Positions 36,301-46,303 of a DNA stretch of 64,000 bases are shown piece by piece; within the stretch, counting starts at the first letter, position 1; the number at the start of each line of letters is the position of its first letter. Both the position numbers and the translations under genes were made by a program. Under the pieces are notes generated by a model. That model had not been told where the DNA came from, made no database searches, and was given only the letters and a program-made list of their open reading frames with translations. The stretch comes from a virus (lineage: Duplodnaviria; Caudoviricetes). The stretch spans positions 1,690 through 65,689 of the IMG/VR virus record IMGVR_UViG_3300014208_000043; one strand, 5' to 3'.

Positions 36301-37079
36301 TGGACGAGGGCAACCGGAAGCGGTATTACCTCCAATCGAAGAACTGCCGGGTCTTCCTTGAGCCGTTTGACAGGTCAAAAGCGAACGCCACCGGGTACAC
36401 GGCTGAAGGGTACCCCGACACTCTCGAAGTTGACCTTACCCTTTTCCAGGACGGCGACATAAGCACGGTAAAGGCTAGGGCTAAGGACATCAATTTTAGC
36501 GGGGATATATCTTACGACCGCTTTGCTAGGGCTCACGGCCTCCAACTGAAGGTTTCGGCCACCACCGGGGAGCATATCATCACCGGTAGGCTCCAGGAAT
36601 ACGAGGCCGAGGACAAGGCCGAGGATCCAGACAGTAACACCGACACCCAGATGGTTCACCAGGGGGATATCCAGAATTGCGATTTCCACCTGTTTTCCCG
36701 GAACGGTGCGGTAATTAACCGTGTTTTAGGGCAGGCGCCGTCAACGCTTCCAGCCGTCACCCTTGTATCATCCCCGGAAGGCGGAACAAACGGAATCGAG
36801 GTTGACGCAGGAACCATTGAAGATACGAACAAAACGCTTTCCTACACCGGGGATTTCTCCGTCCAGATAGGCGTTAAAGATGTTGATGCTACCGGCATAT
36901 ATTTCTATATCGGAACTGGCTTCTCCATACGAGTTTATCTGGACGGAGCTACTTACAAATGCGCCGTTCTTTATAATTCGGCCACGACAACCGCTTCTTT
37001 GTCCTACGCCGGGAGCGGATGGTGCAATATAACGGTAAGCCGATCCGGAACGACGCTTTCGATTACGGAGGCATTATGA
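33393..37079 (+). CDS. Tail nozzle/stabilisation protein (P22 gp10/T7 gp12-like) with inserted domains
   Basis: 1228 aa, beta-rich; WLENYIAFNDRLEPRGGS N-terminus; position after the adaptor. Confidence 0.6.
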   Translation: MKNFSPQSQQFNERMIARDQRAFGDGAFDDIPPSKIPANGMKWLENYIAFNDRLEPRGGSKKWAAYQLPKFYSGLTTSKTGATVTVTGAITYAYAGCQIHYDDGTYDLILVVAGGTLTVDASTTRPASTAAFITEPVFGFWHHVGKNLLVLHIGNKLYAANYNFTANATYGLAAGWNRVYGLSANIRSGSETDPDRSNLQKQISDAAEYNDYMVIFNGGGWNYFNSSGEAIKAVGGIYVIRFVSPLMFYPINTPVPSQRLTDNSVKSETNKYGYRYLYTMSKMRTTAVIGDRTSAGSVMELESGSTEVNASDYKDYGEIWSANPTGPATAAEKYPVWTGNALPAAFDTIAENAVIADAQFKITVSSTAYLIRTILTGVTSWNEIADAFQVSCRDFLPEMEVAYSAAGRFVFTHRVKGARITAFAAGDGGTDISSMFATGAEVLTNWDSPLALATASYKLKNPENYVSAGYWKYDHWTHYSIYRTLDIGVNGIDPITGQGNNSELYVWVADRRVIKSFKCSVSSYVVTATADTFLPEDVGDVIVFSNGDEGTIVSYTSATIVVVGATVGNRTNVAAAIGSAFHPQLAYKSGTTLTALASSFEEADIGKAIFWQDGTIDIITGYTSETVVTVAASGTISSVGAGGEAISIEPEERNFYDRTSDDILRTRVAYFSLKNRFWESLPNFETGIIGNGFMFGAVRDQGISAYCQVAEEFWYLWGYHNASKQVIQYKDNITAIKYQSDNAVVICYNSIHRAPLNNYIEEKVESVGEVVFVLTGTAPISPNIGCQDIGAIRIIDNYTIGMISSDNQLILIQFDGASFKLSGDMAKDRFRKRLRANVGVSTLSYDKLSGLLMWIKTASWLGRTALTTKLSSEKTDKSYRFGIISDEQGVGVSENTGASWVLPFSGVAGVVLNDAQNQPRHIILDRDGYCYDLTSREGATDSGIARLAHDKAATDASGGTDIAPAVWFPLDEGNRKRYYLQSKNCRVFLEPFDRSKANATGYTAEGYPDTLEVDLTLFQDGDISTVKARAKDINFSGDISYDRFARAHGLQLKVSATTGEHIITGRLQEYEAEDKAEDPDSNTDTQMVHQGDIQNCDFHLFSRNGAVINRVLGQAPSTLPAVTLVSSPEGGTNGIEVDAGTIEDTNKTLSYTGDFSVQIGVKDVDATGIYFYIGTGFSIRVYLDGATYKCAVLYNSATTTASLSYAGSGWCNITVSRSGTTLSITEAL

Positions 37080-37130
37080 CCAACCTCATATCGCAGTGGG
37101 TGGGCGCATGATTGACCATGACGAAAGGAT

Positions 37131-37490
37131 TTGACAATGGACTACATTAAAGCCCGTAAACAGAGTGACTATCTAAAATATCTCTGTGATGCGCACGACA
37201 ACCTTGAAGCCGCGAAAGCCCTTGACACGGTTAAGGAACCGCAACCGGCGCAAGACATCGCCGCGCAAAAGCTTGTCTACTCCAACTATGTCATCGGCGG
37301 TTCTGGCGATAAGGCCGCGCTATTAGGCACGGTGGGCGCGGCTCCTACGGCCACGGAAAAAACACTAACCGATATTGGGTTTACCAAAGATGTGGCGTTG
37401 TCCATACTGGATGAATCCGCGAAACTGCGTACCGATGCGCTGGCCCTGCGCGTGGTTGATGTGAAACCTATCGAGGAGCCAATAAAGTGA
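37131..37490 (+). CDS. Hypothetical protein
   Basis: SD AAGGA; 119 aa. Confidence 0.6.
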   Translation: MTMDYIKARKQSDYLKYLCDAHDNLEAAKALDTVKEPQPAQDIAAQKLVYSNYVIGGSGDKAALLGTVGAAPTATEKTLTDIGFTKDVALSILDESAKLRTDALALRVVDVKPIEEPIK

Positions 37491-37645
37491 AAAGCGTAAC
37501 TAAAAAATGTCCGCGATGTGGGGCTGATTTATCCTATGCAATGTTGATGTGCGATCCTCCAATTGAGCAATACTCCTGTAAATGTGGCTTTGTGCAACGG
37601 ATACCGACAACAATTGTACGCGAAACATTGGAGATTAACCAGTGA
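37487..37645 (+). CDS. Small Zn-ribbon protein, 52 aa
   Basis: KCPRCG...SCKCGF; coupled to both neighbours. Confidence 0.5.
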   Translation: MKSVTKKCPRCGADLSYAMLMCDPPIEQYSCKCGFVQRIPTTIVRETLEINQ

Positions 37646-39225
37646 AAATCCCTTGGGGCACGCCTACCGTATCCTCTGCAACGGCGATAGGATATACCAA
37701 TTTAGAGCAGAGCATATTGGGGCTGCTATTTCTCCCCGTAATCGTGGATGATTTCGCTAATCTTGATGCGTGGACAGAAGTTGACAGCGCCAGTAACGTA
37801 AATCTTGCTGATGGCGTCGTGACCATGAATGGTAACAATACCTACAATGGAAATGGGATATTTTTAACGGCTGGACTTACCAGGGGACGAGGATACGCTG
37901 AGGTCAAATTTAATTGTAGTACGTCAGTATATTATAGGCAAGGATTTTATCTTAATAATCTTGCGGCGCTGGTAACTAGTATCACCGGTATTGGTGGGCC
38001 GGGGTTCATATCGCATATGGCGGAGTCCCTTACCGCGTGGCAGGATGATTATGGTGGAGCCGCAGGGTATGCTGGCCGTGTTGCCATATTACCTAACACA
38101 TGGTACACATTAAGAATTTATGTTGATTTATCTAAGGACGGCGCTACATGGAAAAAAGTCAAATTTGCTATTATAGGTGGGATTTATTCCTCCGAAACAT
38201 CTGTCGGAGAGGTGGACTTAAAAACAACCGCATGGGGCACTACAATATACCCTACGTTACAGCGATACGCAAATAGTGCTGCGCAATTAACGTCATATAA
38301 GGAGTTTCGTTGGAACTCTGGTTATTCCACCGCCTCCCCCTACATCGAATGGATAGCCGATGCTGGAGTGGGCAAGACATGGCAAAACTTTGACCGCACC
38401 GCGATTACTTTTCCCGCTGGTTTCCCCACAACGAACATGACATTTAGCGATAGTTTTGACGATGGCACGGAGGCATACAGCGTTGCGGCGGCCCTGGCAA
38501 CATGGCAAGCGGTTGGCAAGACCACAGCAAACCGGCGCTACATTCGGCTACGCGCCTACCTTGTCAGTGATGGGGCAACGGCCATAAGCGCACCGGTATG
38601 CGGGCCGAACTCCGACACGGGAACGGACATCAAGGATTTGACCACGGCGGAGGAGGCGGCGAGGAATACGGCAACACCCAATGGTGATGCTGATGTTCTG
38701 GCTGGACAGACATGGAAAAGGCTTAATATTTTGCATACGGGAACACTGACGGCCGTTACGGCCCCGTCCATCCCGGTCATTACCACCGTTAAAAACATCA
38801 CCCCGACATCGGCCATTGTCGTCATTTCTCCACAAATAACAACGGATTCGCTGAAAATCTATAAGGACGGCGTTCTTGTGGCTTCTGGTGTTACAACGCT
38901 TGAATACTCCCTTACCGGCCTTATCCCTGGAACATCCTATTCGATTACGGCAAAGGCAACGAATTTGACCGGGGATTCCGCGGCATCCACGGCTTACGTC
39001 TTTTCGACAACGGCTTCCGATGCTTCAGCGAACGCCTCCCTCCTTTCCGCGGCAACGGTCGCGGTTGTAACCGTAACCGGCGCACCTAAGATTGTGGGCC
39101 ACGGCTCCGCTAAAATATTCGATGTCCGCACTCATCCGGTTGATTTATCCCTCGCAACGATAGATTATTACTGGAAAGACGTTATGGGCAACAAGGGCCG
39201 CTCGGTCTTACCGGAGGATAGATAA
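37642..39225 (+). CDS. Virion protein with lectin-like region and fibronectin type III domain
   Basis: Thr/Ala-rich; TPTSAIVV...IYKDG...YSLTGLIPGTSYSITAKATN (FN3). Confidence 0.65.
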   Translation: MKIPWGTPTVSSATAIGYTNLEQSILGLLFLPVIVDDFANLDAWTEVDSASNVNLADGVVTMNGNNTYNGNGIFLTAGLTRGRGYAEVKFNCSTSVYYRQGFYLNNLAALVTSITGIGGPGFISHMAESLTAWQDDYGGAAGYAGRVAILPNTWYTLRIYVDLSKDGATWKKVKFAIIGGIYSSETSVGEVDLKTTAWGTTIYPTLQRYANSAAQLTSYKEFRWNSGYSTASPYIEWIADAGVGKTWQNFDRTAITFPAGFPTTNMTFSDSFDDGTEAYSVAAALATWQAVGKTTANRRYIRLRAYLVSDGATAISAPVCGPNSDTGTDIKDLTTAEEAARNTATPNGDADVLAGQTWKRLNILHTGTLTAVTAPSIPVITTVKNITPTSAIVVISPQITTDSLKIYKDGVLVASGVTTLEYSLTGLIPGTSYSITAKATNLTGDSAASTAYVFSTTASDASANASLLSAATVAVVTVTGAPKIVGHGSAKIFDVRTHPVDLSLATIDYYWKDVMGNKGRSVLPEDR

Positions 39226-42188
39226 TGCTCGCAAAGCTTTCCGGGCAGCGGTATATTCCAACGGAACAGAAAGAGGCGTTTAGCCAGCTTTGGCAATTGG
39301 CGGAAGACCACCGGACGAAGATAAACGACATCCTGGAACTCGTTGACGCTACCGCCTCGACAACACAAATCATCGACATGATAAAACCTCTTGCAAGAGA
39401 GGCTTTTGTTTATAAGCTTCCGGTTGTTTACAATGATGAGCAGAAATCATTAAGCGCGAGAATTTCAGCGATAGACAACGGATGGGGCTTGGCAACAAAA
39501 GAGCCGACAGGTGTTGTCGACAAAACAAAATCATCAATAGCATTCAGCGACGCCCTTCTTAGGTTTACGATAACTGGGATAAATTTTGAAATATTTATAA
39601 ATGGGTCAAAATTAATTAAGAATACGGAATCTGTTGATATTACAAATACAGTAGGCTTGTGGTATATTTATTATAACTCTTCTGGTGTTTTGACTGCCTC
39701 ACAAACAGTGTGGTCATTCGAGTCAACCGTATCCCTCGCATCTATTTACTGGAATGGAACAAACGGACTTCTTTGTGAAGAGCGTCACGGAGTTACAATG
39801 GACTGGAGAACTCATGAGTATCTACACGAAACAGTTGGCGCAAGATATGTGAGCGGTTACGTTGCCACGATAACGAATGCCGAAACTTGGAGCCTTTCTC
39901 AAGGTCATTTTCACGATGAAGATCTGGGGCATGATTCTGGTGGAGCGAAGACGACGGCGCGTGTGTTTTATAAAACAGCTTCTGGGTACACGTTCACGGC
40001 GGCGCAGGCGGCCATGTATTTTGATGCTGCTGATATAATCCAGTACAATAACGGTACGGCATTGGCTGATGTTGACAATAACAAATACACATGTTCATGG
40101 ATTTTTTCTTCCCCGGACCCTACAAATCCGATTTGGATCATAATCGGACAGAATAACGATACGCTCCTTGCGACTGCAAGGACGCGGACATACGACACCC
40201 TTTCTCTCGGTACGCTTCCGTCTCCTGAAATGAAATTGCTCTATAGGGTAATTTTACAGAGAAGCGGAACAGGTGTTGACTACATTGAAACAGCGGACTA
40301 CCGATCCGTATCCAATTTGCCATCGGGAACGTATACGGCTACGGCACACAGCGGATTGAGCGGGCTTCTTAACGACGATCACACTCAATATGTTTTAGCT
40401 GACGGCACAAGAGCAATGGCTAAAATAGTTGCAGGAAACATAGCTAAAACTGCATCTTCTCTTGCCGAACTTAATGCGCTGATTGCGCTAGACGTCAACA
40501 TGTCGATTATTATCGTAGGTAATATAAGCGGAAGTGGAAGTCTTTCTATTCCATCTAAAATAGATATCATTGGATTTTTAAATAGTGTAATATTTACCGG
40601 GTTCGATGATGTTACTATAGGGAGGATGACGTATGACGGTCTTGTTCAAATAACAGATTGCCCGCTAATCTTTGGAGCTGTTAAGTGGGTAAGGCCGGAA
40701 TGGTTTGGATCGGCAACCGGATCTCTCGTAAGAGCCATAGAATCCCTACCGACTAGCGGGGGTGCAATAAAATTAATAAATTCCGATTATGATATTTGTG
40801 GGGAATATTCTGTATCCGCTACGCCTGGAGCTGCGATAGGTAATGAAAAAAAGAATGTAAAGCTGCTTGGATCTGGAATGCCAATAAAATCTTCGGACGG
40901 AACTAGGTTTGTATCTGGAAGCGGAACGGTTATTCAGGGTATGTTTTTAAATTTTGCTGATGGGTTTGAGGCTTATGATTTAGGTGTGGATTGCGGTGAT
41001 TATGTGGTTGCTAATCTTAATGGTGGAAACCATATAGATGGTTTTGTAGCCGGAACCCATAAGCTAGATCATGATGCGGCTGATTATGAATATTACATAA
41101 GAGACGTTCACGTTGGAAACATTAAGGTTCTCCTGAAGGATCCGGTAGCCGCCACCCCGTCAACATATTTTCATGCTTTTCTGTTTGAGCACATTATTGG
41201 TGGGTCGCATGGTTATATTGAATGTGATGGTGGGTATCATGGCTATGTTATAAAATCCATCGATGTAAAAGGTGGAGACGTAAGGACATACAATCAGCTT
41301 TACGGTACAACATACATATTTAAGTCAGATCAATATACTTTTTGTAGAAACGTAACGGTTGACAGTATTACCGTTGGGAAAAAAATTAACGAGAGCATTA
41401 CTACTGTTACGGGAATTGTTGAATCCGTTACAGACTATGATACGCAGGGCATAACAATAGGAATACTTCATGGGGTAAACTGCAATACGCTTCTTCAGAG
41501 GTATGGAACGGGAAAGGTTTATGACGTAAACATAGGCAATGTTATTTGCGAAAACATCACCGGCAACTGCATTGTTATTGATGAAAACATGGAAAGGGTT
41601 AACATAGGAAATCATTTAATCAACGGATCTACTGGATATGGAATTTATACCGTTGATGGGTGTTTAGATGTTAACATAGGTAACGGATCGGCATATAATT
41701 GTGCATACAGTGGTTATTTTTTAGGAGGAGATGTTAGGCATGGAGAAATAAGCTGTATTGGAAATGGAGCTTATGGGATAGAGCTTGGAAGTGGTGCCCA
41801 AATAGATACTAGCCATGTAAGGGGGCGCGACAACGGCACATCTCTACTTTCAGGCATATTGGCCCTGCTCGTTGCCGCAGACCTAGAGAATAGTTGGGTG
41901 GAAGAGGGGGGATCTGAACATCCATTTCAAGTAACGTATAGCGGAAACACTTTGCAGATTAGGGGTATGGTCAAAGATGGAACAACGGCAACGGTCGCCA
42001 CGCTTCCAGTTGGGTATAGGCCTGGATACAATTTGACGTTTGTTGCATACGCAATAAAAGCAGACGACACCACAAAAACATTTGCCCATATCACTATTGG
42101 AACGGATGGAGCAATACAGGTTTCAAACCTATCGGACTTAGGGGGTACGGGTGCCCATATCGGATTTGGAATAACATATTTAATATAG
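39225..42188 (+). CDS. Tail fibre/tailspike with parallel beta-helix (depolymerase-like) region
   Basis: WVRPEWFG, GGAIKL, Asn/Gly/Ile-rich repeats; C-terminal LQIRG...VATLPVGYRP. Confidence 0.75.
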   Translation: MLAKLSGQRYIPTEQKEAFSQLWQLAEDHRTKINDILELVDATASTTQIIDMIKPLAREAFVYKLPVVYNDEQKSLSARISAIDNGWGLATKEPTGVVDKTKSSIAFSDALLRFTITGINFEIFINGSKLIKNTESVDITNTVGLWYIYYNSSGVLTASQTVWSFESTVSLASIYWNGTNGLLCEERHGVTMDWRTHEYLHETVGARYVSGYVATITNAETWSLSQGHFHDEDLGHDSGGAKTTARVFYKTASGYTFTAAQAAMYFDAADIIQYNNGTALADVDNNKYTCSWIFSSPDPTNPIWIIIGQNNDTLLATARTRTYDTLSLGTLPSPEMKLLYRVILQRSGTGVDYIETADYRSVSNLPSGTYTATAHSGLSGLLNDDHTQYVLADGTRAMAKIVAGNIAKTASSLAELNALIALDVNMSIIIVGNISGSGSLSIPSKIDIIGFLNSVIFTGFDDVTIGRMTYDGLVQITDCPLIFGAVKWVRPEWFGSATGSLVRAIESLPTSGGAIKLINSDYDICGEYSVSATPGAAIGNEKKNVKLLGSGMPIKSSDGTRFVSGSGTVIQGMFLNFADGFEAYDLGVDCGDYVVANLNGGNHIDGFVAGTHKLDHDAADYEYYIRDVHVGNIKVLLKDPVAATPSTYFHAFLFEHIIGGSHGYIECDGGYHGYVIKSIDVKGGDVRTYNQLYGTTYIFKSDQYTFCRNVTVDSITVGKKINESITTVTGIVESVTDYDTQGITIGILHGVNCNTLLQRYGTGKVYDVNIGNVICENITGNCIVIDENMERVNIGNHLINGSTGYGIYTVDGCLDVNIGNGSAYNCAYSGYFLGGDVRHGEISCIGNGAYGIELGSGAQIDTSHVRGRDNGTSLLSGILALLVAADLENSWVEEGGSEHPFQVTYSGNTLQIRGMVKDGTTATVATLPVGYRPGYNLTFVAYAIKADDTTKTFAHITIGTDGAIQVSNLSDLGGTGAHIGFGITYLI

Positions 42189-42251
42189 TGAACATTAACG
42201 GGATGCAGTTTGTACCGCAGCAAAAACAATAACAATAAATCGGGGTGAGCG

Positions 42252-42536
42252 ATGGACATAACAACGGTAGGACAGGCGGGTGGAGCGGCAACGGTAGGCG
42301 CTGTTTTGATTAAGGTTATCGATAAGATCCCGTGGGGAAAACTGATTGGTCGTAATGGCAATGGTAAAGAGCCGATATCGAAAGAGGCCGTTATGGTGCT
42401 GATTGGAGACCATCACACGGTATGCACGGCAAGAATTTTGAATGAAATGAAAGATGTTAAGAATTCCTTATCAACCGAAATGAAGGATGTTAGGGATACG
42501 ATTGTCCAAATGCTTTTGCAGGACAGGAACAAATAG
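42252..42536 (+). CDS. Small membrane-associated protein (holin-like, weak)
   Basis: GQAGGAATVGAVLIKVI N-terminus plus coiled coil. Confidence 0.4.
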   Translation: MDITTVGQAGGAATVGAVLIKVIDKIPWGKLIGRNGNGKEPISKEAVMVLIGDHHTVCTARILNEMKDVKNSLSTEMKDVRDTIVQMLLQDRNK

Positions 42537-42565
42537 GCTATATTGTATAACAAAGTGAGGTAACT

Positions 42566-45500
42566 ATGGCATTTTCAAGACCAAAATGGGCGATGGACTA
42601 CATCAAAGAGCTTGAGGGTGGAAAGTCGAAAGACCAGATTACCATCGTTCCTGGCCTTATTGGAGGGGCCAAAGACCTCACTTATACGGGATCCGGTGCG
42701 GACGGTAAGATTCAGGCTGATATGCCGGTAATGGAGGATAAGGCCCAATACCATGAAGGGGAAGTAGTCATCCCGAAGAAGGACGTGGATGGAATGGGCG
42801 GACCGAATTCGGCCATGTCCAGGATCCAACGCATGATGAAACATAGATCTGAGGCTCCGTCCGTTTCTGGGTACGCTTGCGGAAAGCCGAAGATGAAAGG
42901 ATATCAGACCGGAGGGGCTGTCTCTGCATCCAACCCGTATCAACAGGGCTCGGAGCAATATGATTACTGGAATATGAAGAACAAACCGGCACCATCGGTT
43001 GCTCCGACCAGTGGGGATCCTGCCCCGCTTAGTCCAGAAAATGCCCTTGGTGATACGCAGCCAATCCAAGCCGCTCCTGCTACAAACCCTTACCAGCAGG
43101 GTTCCGAGCAATACGATTACTGGAACTTAAAGAATAAGCCCGCTCCATCGGTGGCCCCAACTACTCAAAGTGGAGATCCGGCACCCTTGAGTCCGGAGAA
43201 CGCGCTTGGGGATACGCAAACTGTCACGGTGCTTAACGCCGATGGAACAACCAGGTCCGCGTCTGATGCGGCGAATCTTCCGGGGCAAGCGGCGGCAACT
43301 AATGCGGCAACGCCGGAAGCGACGCAGAGCGTGGGGCAGACAATTCAAAATGCCGCCCCGCCAGTAACGAAAAATCCATATCAGCCCGGAACCGAACAAT
43401 ATGATTACTGGAATAAACAGAATGCCGCTGCCTCCCCAGAGGGCGGGGATACCCAGACCGTACAGGTTCTTAATGAGGATGGAACGGTCAGAACTCCAGA
43501 TCAGGCTGCTGCCCTCCCGGCCGAAGCCGCTGCCATTAATGCGGCCACTCCAGAAACAAGGTACAGTGTAGGACAGGCCATTGATAATGCAAAGGCTCCT
43601 GCTGTTACTCCGACAGCGCCAACAACCACTCCCGCCGCAACGATAAGCACTGGGAACCCGACGTATGACCGTGCGGCCAATTCCATGCTCCAGCAGATGA
43701 CCCAAATTGCCAACGGGACATCCGATATGGTCCGGCGCCAGTATGCGATGGCCTTTAATGCCCTGGACGCAAGGCTCCAGACTGCCCTTGTATCGACAGC
43801 AATGCGGATCTCCAACGACCCGAACATGACCTCCGGAGCCAAAGTCGCAATGATGGCCGAGCAAATGCGGAATGCCGGGATTGCTCAGTCTGAAATGGCG
43901 GCCGGTGTCGCGAAAGAAATGATTTCCAATGCCATGAATGCCACCTCCAGCGCCTACAATATGGCGAATTCAGAGCGTTTGAACCAGCAGGCGCTTGAGG
44001 AAAGGGACTATTCGCGCAAGATGGAACTCAAGTCCGGGGCTATCAATGCTGCGGTTGCGGCCAAAGATTGGGCGGCAGTTGCGAAGCTGTCCAAAGACCT
44101 CTATGGTGTTGATTTGGACGTTTCAAAGTTAAAGAGCCAGGATTCGCTCGGCATTATTGCAGACGCAAACAACTTCATTCTTACCAATGCAATTACCCCT
44201 CTCGGAGCTTCCGCAACAATCGAGACCCCCGGAGTCCGTTCCGCCCTTACAAGCATCTGGAATGAGATGAACCCCGGGCAGCCGATGGACGAAAATTGGG
44301 CCAGGGAGCAACTCGGGAAGATGATTCAGGCCACCGATCCCGTTTGGCAGTTTAATAACGCCATCGACGAGAACGATGCGCTTATCTATTTCAATGGCGA
44401 TCCGGCTAAGCTTGCCGCTTTCAAATTCGGCAACAAGACCGGCCTTGAAGCCTTCAAGAGCGCCATGTACGCTTTCCAGGCAGGCGGAGCGGTTGCCCTG
44501 GATGCGAATGGGCAATTCACATTCAATGAAGAATCTCCGGTTTGGAAGCTTGTGCAGGACGCTTTTGGGATGGGTGAGACCGGGACCACCGGAACAACAG
44601 GAACCGGGACCACGGCAAGCGGAACAACTGGAACGGCAGCTAAACCCAAAGAGGGTGATACAAAAACAAACCAGGGCAGTACATTCACTTACACAAACGG
44701 CCAATGGGTAGCAACCACGACGCCCGCCAACCTTTCCCAGGAAACCAGGGTTACGCCATCCGGGAACAAGGAGGGCGATACTAAGAGTGCGGGTGGACAA
44801 ACATTCAAATTCACAAACGGACAATGGGTAGCTCAGACCGGAGCGATGGCAAATGACACCATTCCGTTTACGAAGGATTCAGTATTCGGCGATGATATGA
44901 AAGTGACAGACTATGACAACTGGAAGAAGTCTCTCGGAGCAAGTAACGAATGGAATTTAAACGATGCTGGAATGAATCTTGAGGAATTCGCCAGGGCCGG
45001 TAATGAAACGGCAATAAAAGATTACGCCGCAATGCTGGCTTCCGATCCTGCCGCGCTTGATTATGAATATGACGGCCTTTCCGATGCTGGTCTCCAGGCC
45101 GTTAAGGACGCTATCCCACCAGAGGCAATAGGCAAGATGGTACAGAGCGTTTATCTTGATCCGAAAGGATCCATGTATGGCCAGGACGTTCCTCCGGCAT
45201 ACGCTTCCATCTTGGTAAACAGCGAGCCCACAAATCCGAAATACGTGGAACTGTATGCAAAGACGCAGGGGTATACTCCTATGACATACTCTAAGGGGGT
45301 AGCTTCAAACTGGCAAAGCCTGTACGATAGCGACTATTCAGCGGCACAGGCGACAATGAACGAGTGGATTGGTCCAATCATCAAGCGTAATGATCCTAAT
45401 GAAATAGCTTCAGTGCAAGATGCTTCATCCGTATTTAGCGATTCTGGAAATGGCCAGTCTGGGATAAATCTGGACACAACCAAGATTGCCTCACTATCTG

Positions 45501-45688
45501 ATGCGGCCCTTGCGTTTGTCCCAACCATCGGATCGTTTATGCATCTTAAAACGGGGGAGACCAACGCCATGAATGCGGCAATTGCAGCAGAACAGAAACG
45601 CCGCGCTGACCTGAAGAAATCGATAAGCGAATCGCTGAGCCCTGAAGCCGCAGCCGCATTGACTAAATATGTTTTCCCTACAGCGTAA
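42566..45688 (+). CDS. Probable DNA-ejection (internal virion) protein with internal repeats
   Basis: HEGEVVIP; 3x NPYQxGxEQYDYWN; Ala/Gln-rich helical core. Confidence 0.6.
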   Translation: MAFSRPKWAMDYIKELEGGKSKDQITIVPGLIGGAKDLTYTGSGADGKIQADMPVMEDKAQYHEGEVVIPKKDVDGMGGPNSAMSRIQRMMKHRSEAPSVSGYACGKPKMKGYQTGGAVSASNPYQQGSEQYDYWNMKNKPAPSVAPTSGDPAPLSPENALGDTQPIQAAPATNPYQQGSEQYDYWNLKNKPAPSVAPTTQSGDPAPLSPENALGDTQTVTVLNADGTTRSASDAANLPGQAAATNAATPEATQSVGQTIQNAAPPVTKNPYQPGTEQYDYWNKQNAAASPEGGDTQTVQVLNEDGTVRTPDQAAALPAEAAAINAATPETRYSVGQAIDNAKAPAVTPTAPTTTPAATISTGNPTYDRAANSMLQQMTQIANGTSDMVRRQYAMAFNALDARLQTALVSTAMRISNDPNMTSGAKVAMMAEQMRNAGIAQSEMAAGVAKEMISNAMNATSSAYNMANSERLNQQALEERDYSRKMELKSGAINAAVAAKDWAAVAKLSKDLYGVDLDVSKLKSQDSLGIIADANNFILTNAITPLGASATIETPGVRSALTSIWNEMNPGQPMDENWAREQLGKMIQATDPVWQFNNAIDENDALIYFNGDPAKLAAFKFGNKTGLEAFKSAMYAFQAGGAVALDANGQFTFNEESPVWKLVQDAFGMGETGTTGTTGTGTTASGTTGTAAKPKEGDTKTNQGSTFTYTNGQWVATTTPANLSQETRVTPSGNKEGDTKSAGGQTFKFTNGQWVAQTGAMANDTIPFTKDSVFGDDMKVTDYDNWKKSLGASNEWNLNDAGMNLEEFARAGNETAIKDYAAMLASDPAALDYEYDGLSDAGLQAVKDAIPPEAIGKMVQSVYLDPKGSMYGQDVPPAYASILVNSEPTNPKYVELYAKTQGYTPMTYSKGVASNWQSLYDSDYSAAQATMNEWIGPIIKRNDPNEIASVQDASSVFSDSGNGQSGINLDTTKIASLSDAALAFVPTIGSFMHLKTGETNAMNAAIAAEQKRRADLKKSISESLSPEAAAALTKYVFPTA

Positions 45689-45701
45689 ATAAGGAGGAAT
45701 T

Positions 45702-46301
45702 ATGGCAGAACCAGCACCTTCAATAAATCCGGTAACATCCGTTATCAGCGGAGTATTAAATTTTGCCGGTTCCTGGTATGCGGCCAAAGAACAAAAGAAA
45801 GAGAACTCTGCTGCCCGTGCGCTTCAGGAGAAGTTGTTTTACGATAAGCTTAGGCAGGAGAACACCCAGTTTGACGCTACAATGACCCAGAGAAAGAACG
45901 AGTTCGGTACGACAACGCGACTGACGAAGGCCCAAATGAAGGCCGCAGAACGCGCCCAGAGGACCCAGGACGCATTGAGCCGCAAGACCCTTGCTATCCG
46001 TGAGACAGAGGGCCAGCAGAGCTACGGCCTTGCCAAAGAAGCTCAGGCAGCCAACATCGGCCTTAACGAGCGTGGCATGACCCTCCAGGAATCCCAAGCG
46101 GCAACGGATAAGGAAACGGCCACGGCCAACATCGCCCTTGGAAACCGGGGAATGGCTATCCAGGAGAAGACCGCCGAGGCTCAAATCCAGGCGAACAAGT
46201 TTAATCAAATTACGCAACTCATGACAAATATGACGAATTTCTACAATACTCCCGGTGCGCGGAGCCAATTGGCAACGCTCTATTCCGGCTATAGGAGGTA
46301 A
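45702..46301 (+). CDS. Probable ejection protein (P22 gp7-like position)
   Basis: Small; VISGVLNFAGSWY then Ala/Gln coiled coil. Confidence 0.5.
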   Translation: MAEPAPSINPVTSVISGVLNFAGSWYAAKEQKKENSAARALQEKLFYDKLRQENTQFDATMTQRKNEFGTTTRLTKAQMKAAERAQRTQDALSRKTLAIRETEGQQSYGLAKEAQAANIGLNERGMTLQESQAATDKETATANIALGNRGMAIQEKTAEAQIQANKFNQITQLMTNMTNFYNTPGARSQLATLYSGYRR

Positions 46302-46303
46302 TT

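Noticed and set aside
43127-44824. Long minus-strand ORFs (e.g. 43127-43864, 44129-44824, 52702-53409, 12667-13326)
   Set aside because: They are antisense shadows of well-supported + strand genes, with no motifs or RBS.
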